The notes below the pieces were generated by a model. The model saw only the letters and a list, made by a program, of their open reading frames with translations. It did not search any database and was not told the DNA's origin. A DNA stretch of 64,000 nucleotides from Candidatus Woesearchaeota archaeon (GTDB taxonomy: Archaea; Nanobdellota; Nanobdellia; Pacearchaeales; GW2011-AR1): positions 1,669 through 65,668 of the forward strand of contig CAZCGJ010000001.1 of NCBI GenBank assembly GCA_964498295.1, read 5' to 3'. Position numbers and translations under genes: made by a program. The stretch's first letter is position 1. Each line of letters opens with the position of its first letter. Of this stretch, positions 56,376 through 64,000 are shown one piece after another.

Positions 56376-57116
56376 TTAATCTTCACCAGTCATCGCTTTA
56401 GCAATCTTTTCTGCTGCTCTTGTTGCACTTTCTTGCCTAGCCAAAAGCTCCTTCTCTTTGCCTTCTTTATCAGACTTATTGACTTTCATCCTAATATATC
56501 TAGCAAAAACCTTAACTTCTTTAGAAAACTTAGACAAGAAAACTATTCCAACAACAAAAACCACAAAGGCAATTATTTTCATTATAGGCGATGTTAAAAA
56601 TTCAGTCAAATCTACTAACTTATTAGCTAAAAAAATAGAAAGGCCTTGGAAAACTCTAAGAAGCAACAATATTAGGAAAAAAGAAAGGGAAACCAAAATA
56701 GAAGTTGATTTAGAAAACATATCAAAATCATTCAAAACTTCATACGTAGTAAAATAATATTTTACTAGGAAAAACCAAATAACTAAAACAAGAATAAAAA
56801 ACAGAGAAAAAATAGGAGTCATACCTACTGCAAACTCAATAACGGGAGTAGTATATGGAGAAACCTTCCTATACCCTGAAATAACCTGCTTAAACCCTGT
56901 TTGATTTTCTAAAATTAATCCTAATTGCTTTTTAAGATAAGCATTACGTACATCCTCATTTGTTATAGTTGTTTTTGCAGTATCAACTTGAGAAGTAATA
57001 TTTTGCACTCTTTGATCTACTGAATTAAATTGCTGATCTATAGAACTAGTATCTATAGCTGAAACAAGCCCAACTAAGAATAAAACTGCGAAAATAAAAC
57101 ACCAACTCTTTTGCAT
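56376..57116 (-). CDS. signal peptide + 3-TM membrane protein with C-terminal coiled coil
   Basis: LVSA signal, hydrophobic helices, charged tail. Confidence 0.75.
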   Translation of the reverse strand: MQKSWCFIFAVLFLVGLVSAIDTSSIDQQFNSVDQRVQNITSQVDTAKTTITNEDVRNAYLKKQLGLILENQTGFKQVISGYRKVSPYTTPVIEFAVGMTPIFSLFFILVLVIWFFLVKYYFTTYEVLNDFDMFSKSTSILVSLSFFLILLLLRVFQGLSIFLANKLVDLTEFLTSPIMKIIAFVVFVVGIVFLSKFSKEVKVFARYIRMKVNKSDKEGKEKELLARQESATRAAEKIAKAMTGED

Positions 57117-57194
57117 AAAAAATAGAACAATACCGGATTTATAATCCTAACGAAATATCAATAAATATAAAAACTAAACAAGAGATAACCAGAC

Positions 57195-57773
57195 ATGAAA
57201 AAGAGACAGATATTTTTAATTTTGGTACTAACAGTTTTACTCCTTAATTTTTCACTCGCCGCCACACAAACATTACCAAAAAACACCTCAACAACAAACA
57301 CCCTATCTTCAAACCCTATAAGCTCATTTATGCAAAAAGAAATAAGTTCAGAAGCATTCAAAATAATCGGCGCTCCTGCGACAATACCTTTCCAAACCTT
57401 ACTAATTTATTTATTATTTATACTTATTGCATATATAATTATCACAGATTTATTGAACGGAGTCAGTTTATTTGATAAAAGTTGGTATAATTACACAATA
57501 GGATTAATCGTGGTCCTTTTGGGTGTCTATTCTGGTACAGCTTACAAGTTAATTTTAGCCTTTACAAAAATACAATTTACAAGTATTGCAGCAACAGGAG
57601 TAACATACTATATTATTCTAGGAATACTTGGAGCCTATTTACTAATAAGAACTTTTTTCAAAATAGTAAAAAGAAACAAAAGAACAAATGAAGAAAAGGC
57701 AGAAGAAAGAGCAGATAAAATACGACTTCTAAGAAAAGCACAAGACATAGAAGCAAGAGCCGCAGGAATCTAA
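57195..57773 (+). CDS. signal peptide + 3-TM membrane protein
   Basis: SLA signal; LFDKSW.N..I..I..L.G shared with the neighbouring gene. Confidence 0.75.
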   Translation: MKKRQIFLILVLTVLLLNFSLAATQTLPKNTSTTNTLSSNPISSFMQKEISSEAFKIIGAPATIPFQTLLIYLLFILIAYIIITDLLNGVSLFDKSWYNYTIGLIVVLLGVYSGTAYKLILAFTKIQFTSIAATGVTYYIILGILGAYLLIRTFFKIVKRNKRTNEEKAEERADKIRLLRKAQDIEARAAGI

Positions 57774-57804
57774 TATCTAAATATTAATAAATAAAAAAAT
57801 TAAA

Positions 57805-57858
57805 TTCCCTTAAAATAAAAAGGGAAGAAAAAAATAAAAAACCTCGAAAACGAGGTTT
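57805..57858 (-). terminator. tandem hairpin terminator
   Basis: AAACCTCG-TTTT-CGAGGTTT plus T-tract (57839-57858); second stem TTCCCT/AGGGAA (57805-57826). Confidence 0.65.
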
Positions 57859-57864
57859 GTAAAA

Positions 57865-58638
57865 TTAGTTCAAAAGATTTCTGAGAGATTTTATCTTCTC
57901 ATCGATTTTCTTAACTTCCTTAGCGTCGCCAGAAACAGCTGATCTAGCAGTTTCTAAATCTGCAATCTTAGCTAAAACTCTAGTCTTTTCTGTATCACTT
58001 ATACTTGTTGTAATTCTATCGTATTTAGCTTTTCTAAAGAATTTCTGTATTGTTCCATCCATTAAGAAAAGAACGATACATATAGCAACAATTGCTACAT
58101 AAACCCAATAGAAATTGCTCCAACTACCTGCATTAGACCAATTCCAAGATAGTAAAGAAATCATAACAACAGTATAAACAACCCAAAGGATCTTTCTAAC
58201 TGCTGAAGAAGAAGACTTTACAATAAGACTAGCTACAATTACAAAAGGAATTATCAAGAACAAAGAACCGACAAGTCCTTCCGAACCTACAGTAAATGCT
58301 CTTAATGCATCAACCGGAATAAATCTAACACCGATTAAGGCGATAATAACCGCAATACCCCAATTTATGAAAGACTTATCTCCAAATAGTTCGAATGGGG
58401 AAAGAATTCCACCAACAACTAAAAGAGTCAATATAAAAGCCATCCAAGAAACAAATGCATTATCTGCACTTGCAGAACTACCACTTCCAAAAAGAAGAGT
58501 AGTTATAGGGTTAAGTGCTGCAGTAACAGAAGTAATTCCACTTTGAACGCTATCTGCGAAAGACGCACTAGCAAAAGCAGTGCATAAAGCTATTGCAAAA
58601 ACACTAACGAAAAAGAAACTCAAAAATTTCTTATTCAT
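57865..58638 (-). CDS. multi-TM membrane protein, paralog 1
   Basis: GVRFI, IPFVI, RKILW, DGTIQK; GGAGGT RBS before ATG 58638. Confidence 0.8.
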   Translation of the reverse strand: MNKKFLSFFFVSVFAIALCTAFASASFADSVQSGITSVTAALNPITTLLFGSGSSASADNAFVSWMAFILTLLVVGGILSPFELFGDKSFINWGIAVIIALIGVRFIPVDALRAFTVGSEGLVGSLFLIIPFVIVASLIVKSSSSAVRKILWVVYTVVMISLLSWNWSNAGSWSNFYWVYVAIVAICIVLFLMDGTIQKFFRKAKYDRITTSISDTEKTRVLAKIADLETARSAVSGDAKEVKKIDEKIKSLRNLLN

Positions 58639-58804
58639 ATTAAATAAACCTCCTTTCACATCTTTACAAAACCTATTCGATTTCATTAATTAATATAGCC
58701 CTCATGCCTTTATAAAATTTGTTGTTTTGAATTTTTATATCAACGATAACTCAAAATCACAAGATATTTAAATAAAACATTCTGATTAATAAAAAGGTGA
58801 TAAG

Positions 58805-59071
58805 ATGAAATCAATTATAGGATATATATTTGCAGCAGCAGGATTAGCAGTACTTCTAACAGCAACAAAAATATATTCTGCTTTAAGCGGAGTTTTTGAC
58901 ATAAAAATGCCAATGGTTATTATTGGAGGAGTTGGATTAATTTTAATCGGAATCATAATGTTAATGAACTCCTCAAGTAAAAGAGGAAAAGTCAGCCAAG
59001 CTGAAGAAGAAGTTCCAATATATGAAGGCGAAGGCAAAAACAGAAAAATAGTAGGCTATAGAAAAGAATAA
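58805..59071 (+). CDS. small 2-TM protein
   Basis: Two TMs then EEVPIYEGEG...IVGYR. Confidence 0.75.
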   Translation: MKSIIGYIFAAAGLAVLLTATKIYSALSGVFDIKMPMVIIGGVGLILIGIIMLMNSSSKRGKVSQAEEEVPIYEGEGKNRKIVGYRKE

Positions 59072-59088
59072 ATAAAAAATATTTTTAA

Positions 59089-59868
59089 TTAAGAAGTCAT
59101 TTTATACAATTTTTTCAACTGTTTCTCAAAATCAGCAATTCTTTTATCTCTGATTTCTGCAGGAATACCGCTAGCATTTCTAATATATTCATCTCTATCT
59201 TTCTGAAGTCTAACTATTGCATCCCAAATATTGTTCATTCCTGCCTGCTTAATCTTCTGCATAGTTAATGCTCTCCCAATCGTACCATCTAAAAGCAAGA
59301 AAATAAAGGCCATAAGCATAGTCCACATGTAAACATCTCCGTAGAAAGAATCATCCGCAGTAACATACAGCCCTAAATAAACACAGATGAATAAAATCCA
59401 ACCGATCTTTCTTATAATAGAAGTTTTACCCTCGCTAATGCCGTGCAAGAAGAATAAATAAATTATAAATGGTAAAACAGAAGTAATTGCAATCCCAAAT
59501 ACTTGATAAGTCATGATAATAGTATTAAGCCACGCATAATCGATGTATCTTACTGATAAAAGAGATACAATTACAGAAACAATTACAACAACCTTTCTAT
59601 TTTCATCACCTTTGAAAAAAGGAGCATTACGTAATGCAACAAAAACAATAGACAGAATTAAGATAAATATTAAAATTCTCTCAAACATCATATATCCAGT
59701 ATAATCATATCCTCCAAAGAAGAATTGCAAAACGGGTTGAGCTTGATAAATAGCACTATCAAGAGAACCAACAAAACCAAAGCGATAAGCAGATGCAAAA
59801 TTTACTACAAACAAAGATAAAAATAGAACTCCTGCAAAAAACAAAAACACCTTATTTTTATTAAACAT
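59089..59868 (-). CDS. multi-TM membrane protein, paralog 2
   Basis: SVRYI, LPFII, RKIGW, DGTIGR; start reassigned to 59868. Confidence 0.8.
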   Translation of the reverse strand: MFNKNKVFLFFAGVLFLSLFVVNFASAYRFGFVGSLDSAIYQAQPVLQFFFGGYDYTGYMMFERILIFILILSIVFVALRNAPFFKGDENRKVVVIVSVIVSLLSVRYIDYAWLNTIIMTYQVFGIAITSVLPFIIYLFFLHGISEGKTSIIRKIGWILFICVYLGLYVTADDSFYGDVYMWTMLMAFIFLLLDGTIGRALTMQKIKQAGMNNIWDAIVRLQKDRDEYIRNASGIPAEIRDKRIADFEKQLKKLYKMTS

Positions 59869-59902
59869 ATTAATTAAGAGAGTATGAGATTTATAAACAT
59901 TA

Positions 59903-60937
59903 TTACAAGTTGTCAGCGTACTTACGTATAGCCTTTCTATCTTCTTCCCATGCTTTGTGAGCTGAAGCAGCATCTATAGCAGGAGTACCGCTACTTCCAC
60001 CATGCCCTAAGAAAGTAACTTGACCCTTGACATATTGTGCACCTGAAACGCCTGCAACAACATCATCGTATGCTCTTGCAAGTCTTTTTTCCAATTCATT
60101 TAACTCATGTAAAGCTTTAGCATTCTGTGATTCTTTTTGTCTTTCCTTTTTCCATCCATTCAAAATCTTTTGTATCGTTCCATCAATAAAACACATCAAA
60201 ACAGCAAGCATAGCAGTTAAAGGATATATTATACCAACTATCCCTTCTTGACCTTTTAACTCATCATACCTCATTATCCATATAGATAAGAAAACAACTG
60301 CAAAGAAAATCCATGCAACCTTTCTGAATACAGGAGATTTAGGTGCTCCCCATGTTTTTTCAACAAAAAAGAAATAAATAATAAAAGGCAAGACTGCAGT
60401 TATTACAATTCCAAAAGTAGTATAAGGTACTAAAATAGTTTGAATCATTTCAGGAGTTAAAAATCTTACAGCAAGAATTGCTACAATAGAACTTACTACC
60501 CAATGAGCTGCACCCTCTTTTAAAAGATCAACGCCAGAACTCTTAAAAGTAGTTGAAACAAGAGCCAAAACTAAAATAAGTAATAATATTTTAGCCAAAA
60601 ATATATTAGTAGAAAGATCAGGATCAGCAGACACATCAGCTGTTGCACCAACTAAATAACTCAAAGGAGTTTTAAGAACTTCATAAACACTAGTAATCAA
60701 TCCAGAAACCATCTCCACAATAGGTTTGAAAGCCTCCCCAGTACCGGTAGCAAAACCAGTAATTGCATTTCCAGTCATTCCTTTATATGCAAAAAATAAA
60801 ACAGCAAGCAAAACTAAAATACCTAAAGCCCACCAAATCCAAGATGAACAGCACTTACTAGCTTTCTTCTCAACAACTTTTGAAACAGACTTACTAGAAA
60901 CAACCTTCTTTTTCTTAATCATCTTCTTTTTTGGCAT
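59903..60937 (-). CDS. multi-TM membrane protein, paralog 3
   Basis: AVRFL, LPFII, RKVAW, DGTIQK; N-terminal TM followed by TGNAITG. Confidence 0.8.
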   Translation of the reverse strand: MPKKKMIKKKKVVSSKSVSKVVEKKASKCCSSWIWWALGILVLLAVLFFAYKGMTGNAITGFATGTGEAFKPIVEMVSGLITSVYEVLKTPLSYLVGATADVSADPDLSTNIFLAKILLLILVLALVSTTFKSSGVDLLKEGAAHWVVSSIVAILAVRFLTPEMIQTILVPYTTFGIVITAVLPFIIYFFFVEKTWGAPKSPVFRKVAWIFFAVVFLSIWIMRYDELKGQEGIVGIIYPLTAMLAVLMCFIDGTIQKILNGWKKERQKESQNAKALHELNELEKRLARAYDDVVAGVSGAQYVKGQVTFLGHGGSSGTPAIDAASAHKAWEEDRKAIRKYADNL

Positions 60938-60989
60938 GCTTAATAAAAAAACAAATACTATTTAAATTTAATTATTATAGAATTACAAA

Positions 60990-61547
60990 TCAGTCCTGCT
61001 CAAGAACTTCAACTTTTTTATCCTGTACAAGAATATTCACAATTTCATTATTAAGATTTGCAACTTCTCCCTGAGCAAAAGGACCCAATGTTTCGCCTTC
61101 CAAATCCAAAAATTCATCAACATGACTTGTAAATCTAACAAGTTTAAATGAAGACTCTACTTTTCCACCAACAATCATTGAACCACTTAAATTCTTGTCT
61201 GCCTTCTCTAAACTTTTAACAATATCCTCAAATAATTCCTTCTCAAAATCCAATAAATTTTCAAAATCCTTTTTACTAATACCTGTTTCAGAGGCAACAA
61301 ATGCTAAATTCAGAACTTTCTTTCTTCTTCTCAATAGAAGTTCCTTGAAAAGAGCCATTGCATTTTCAAGCCGTTTTTTGCTCTTCAAAACAACATCAGA
61401 AAACATATCATCATCCTTATCAGAAAACTTCTTCTTTTCTGCAAAATACTCTGCAACTTCATTCAAGAAAGATTTCTTCAATAATTGCAAATCATCACTA
61501 TACCTCTCCTTTCTCAATGCCTCATACAAATCATTATAGCTAATCAT
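60990..61547 (-). CDS. GINS complex subunit (Gins51-type, A-B domain order)
   Basis: RKER...LQ.L...F, RRRKKVL.LA, C-terminal VRF...F.D..G..LGPF..GEV..L. Confidence 0.8.
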   Translation of the reverse strand: MISYNDLYEALRKERYSDDLQLLKKSFLNEVAEYFAEKKKFSDKDDDMFSDVVLKSKKRLENAMALFKELLLRRRKKVLNLAFVASETGISKKDFENLLDFEKELFEDIVKSLEKADKNLSGSMIVGGKVESSFKLVRFTSHVDEFLDLEGETLGPFAQGEVANLNNEIVNILVQDKKVEVLEQD

Positions 61548-61727
61548 GCCTCTAAAAAAGCGCTTTCCTTTAAAAGAATTTATGTTCTCTCCAGAATAGA
61601 AACAAACGCCAGATTTTTAAACAAAGAAATATTATAAAATTAAACCGAAGGTTTAAAATTCCGAGCGAAGCGGACTAACTCAAAGGAAAGGTGACGTATC
61701 ACGGAAAACCATTGGTTGTCATATACT

Positions 61728-62933
61728 ATGTTTAACTTCTTAAAAGAAAAGCTGAATCAATGGAAAGAAAAAGTAAAAGAAGAATTCTCAGAGCCAGAAG
61801 TAAAAGTAAAAAAACTCTCAGAAGTTAAAAAGAAAAAGTCTTCTAAACAGGCAAAACCTGCAAAAAAAGAAACTTTTAAAACCAAACCTTCTAAAAAAAT
61901 AAAAGAAGAAAAAATAGAAGTTAAGCAAGAGGAACCGCAAGAACATAAGCAAGGTTTCCTATCAAAAATATTCTCACACAATACAGAACAGAAAGTATCT
62001 GAACAAATTCTAGAAGACATAAAAAAAGAAGGAGCAAAAATAGAGTCTCCAGAGGAAAGATTAGAAGAAGAACAGAAAACTTCCTTTTTTGACAGATTCA
62101 AGAAAAAAATTACAGAAGAAAAATTTGACGAATTATTCACAGAACTTGAGATGATTATGCTCCAAAATAATGTAGCCTATGAAGTAGTCGAATTCATTAG
62201 AACCAGACTAAAACATGATTTAGTTGGAAAAAACCTTTCGGAAGTAAATCTAGAAGAAAAATTAACAGATGCAATTGATGAAATTTTAATCAACCCACCA
62301 AGTCTAATAAAAGAAATTAAAGATAAACTAAAAGAAAAGAAACCATACGTTATTGCATTTGTAGGAATTAATGGTTCAGGTAAAACAACTTCAATTGCTA
62401 AAGTAGCTAATTTACTTAAGAAAGAAAAATTATCTGTTTGTTTAGCAGCAGGAGACACATTCAGAGCTGCGGCAATTGAACAATTAGAAATTCATGCAAA
62501 TAAACTAAAAGTTCCAATAATAAAGAAAGATTACAATGCAGATCCTGCTTCAGTAGGATTTGAAGCAATAGCTTATGCAAAAAAACACGGAATTGATGTT
62601 GTTTTAATAGATACTGCTGGAAGAATGAACACAAAAGAAAGTTTGATGAAAGAAATGGAAAAAATAATCAAAGTATGCAATCCTGACAAAAAAATATTTT
62701 TAGGCGAAAGTATAACAGGCAATGATGCAACTGAACAAGCAAGAGCTTTCAACCAACATATTTCAATTGATGGAATAATATTAAGTAAGGCAGATATAGA
62801 TGAAAAAGGCGGAACAGCTTTGTCAGTCTCTTACATAACAAAAAAACCAATTTATTTCTTAGGAACAGGCCAAACCTATGATGATTTGGAAGTTTTCGAA
62901 AAGAAGAAGATGATTAAAAGATTAGGATTATAA
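61728..62933 (+). CDS. ftsY: signal recognition particle receptor FtsY
   Basis: GINGSGKTTSIAK, DTFRAAA.EQL, DTAGR, SKADID.KGG, GTGQ.Y.DL. Confidence 0.97.
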   Translation: MFNFLKEKLNQWKEKVKEEFSEPEVKVKKLSEVKKKKSSKQAKPAKKETFKTKPSKKIKEEKIEVKQEEPQEHKQGFLSKIFSHNTEQKVSEQILEDIKKEGAKIESPEERLEEEQKTSFFDRFKKKITEEKFDELFTELEMIMLQNNVAYEVVEFIRTRLKHDLVGKNLSEVNLEEKLTDAIDEILINPPSLIKEIKDKLKEKKPYVIAFVGINGSGKTTSIAKVANLLKKEKLSVCLAAGDTFRAAAIEQLEIHANKLKVPIIKKDYNADPASVGFEAIAYAKKHGIDVVLIDTAGRMNTKESLMKEMEKIIKVCNPDKKIFLGESITGNDATEQARAFNQHISIDGIILSKADIDEKGGTALSVSYITKKPIYFLGTGQTYDDLEVFEKKKMIKRLGL

Positions 62934-62934
62934 T

Positions 62935-63888
62935 TTATCTCTTTGGCCCTTCTATAATCTTGTTTAACAAAGAATCTTTCTTTAACTTCAAATGAGATTT
63001 ATAGAAAAATAAACCTACAATCAAGAAAGTTACAACCGGAGAAACCCAAGAAGGAATATGTACTCCAAACGCATCTAAAATCATAATAATTCCTAAAACA
63101 AAAATAGAATACATTGCCCCATTCTTCAAATAGGCATATTTCTTTATTTTATCAACACCTCTAATAGTTAAATCTCTAACGATTATTGCTCCAAGACCAT
63201 TCCCTATAAGAATTAAAGGAATAGAAAGAGTAAATGCAAATGCACCCAAAACACTATCTATTGAAAAGGTTGCATCAATAACTTCTAAATATAAGATTTT
63301 ACTCAAATCGGAAACGCCACTCTTCTTTAACTTCTTTTCTTGTTCTTCAGCATTGGCTTTAAAACCATGAGTAATGAAAAATGCGGTTGATCCAATAACT
63401 GCAGCAAAAGCCATCATCGGTCTTTCTTGAAGAGCAAACCAAACAATAAGACCTAGTAAAATAGAAACACTTGCATAGAACCACACGCCATATCTCTCAA
63501 TAGTTCTTTCTCCAATCAACCCATAATTTTTAGGTTCAATAAATAACCAATGTAAAAATAAAAATAATAAATATATTCCCCCACCTAATAGTAAAAGAGG
63601 GGCGCTAGACTCAATTGCTTCAATAACACTAGGATCACTACTAAAACTTGCAATAAGTGCACCAATAGGACCAATACTAGGATTTGTAGCCCAAACAATT
63701 ATCCAAGGAAGCAATCCCCTAATAACAAAAACACCAATAATAATTCCCCAAAACAAAAACCACTTTCGATATTTAGGTTTCATAGTTCTAAGAACATCTG
63801 CATTAATTATCGCATTATCTACGCTAGTTATAATTTCAAATAAGGTAAGTCCCAAAACTACCATCACAATCGAAAATAGATCAATCAT
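62935..63888 (-). CDS. DUF475/TerC-family membrane protein
   Basis: FEIITSVDNAIINA, LYLEVIDATFSIDSV.GAFA, YLKNGAMYSI. Confidence 0.9.
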   Translation of the reverse strand: MIDLFSIVMVVLGLTLFEIITSVDNAIINADVLRTMKPKYRKWFLFWGIIIGVFVIRGLLPWIIVWATNPSIGPIGALIASFSSDPSVIEAIESSAPLLLLGGGIYLLFLFLHWLFIEPKNYGLIGERTIERYGVWFYASVSILLGLIVWFALQERPMMAFAAVIGSTAFFITHGFKANAEEQEKKLKKSGVSDLSKILYLEVIDATFSIDSVLGAFAFTLSIPLILIGNGLGAIIVRDLTIRGVDKIKKYAYLKNGAMYSIFVLGIIMILDAFGVHIPSWVSPVVTFLIVGLFFYKSHLKLKKDSLLNKIIEGPKR

Positions 63889-64000
63889 AAAAGAATCTCT
63901 AAAATTTAATTTATTAACCTTTCTAATCCCCCATCCAAAACCTTAAAACCTCTGAATTCTAGGTCTATTTTATGCTAGAAAAAGTATCAGAAGCGCTTAC

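Overview
AT-rich chromosomal segment of a DPANN archaeon, most likely Pacearchaeota (inferred from gene content and the many lineage-type KK/KR-G secreted proteins). Housekeeping genes: map, Trm4/NOP2-type m5C MTase, CorA, PolB, FEN1, UvrD-like helicase, EndA, S17e, Alba, MinD, ZnuABC+Zur, endonuclease IV, GlyRS, Sua5, RNase Z, Lsm, S8e, TFB, NAD kinase, L44e, S3Ae, NDK, GINS, FtsY and a TerC/DUF475 protein. Six tRNAs: CAT, Cys-GCA, Arg-TCT, Leu-TAG, Val-GAC, Thr-TGT. Main observations beyond this: (1) a complete 2,263-bp DDE transposon (40797-43059) with 22-bp imperfect TIRs and an 8-bp TSD, carrying two small regulators with visible operator arrays, a secreted protein and an unannotated mini-pilin; (2) a ~110-125 nt three-hairpin non-coding element present in two diverged, covarying copies (20781-20906 and 54060-54170); (3) an array of about 10 class III signal-peptide (pilin-like) genes at 18.5-26.1 kb, plus a 1,947-aa Cys-rich exported protein coupled to another pilin-like gene; (4) a cluster of paralogous multi-TM proteins at 56-61 kb; (5) several structured UTR candidates. 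All family calls come from motif recognition by eye; no database searches were run.
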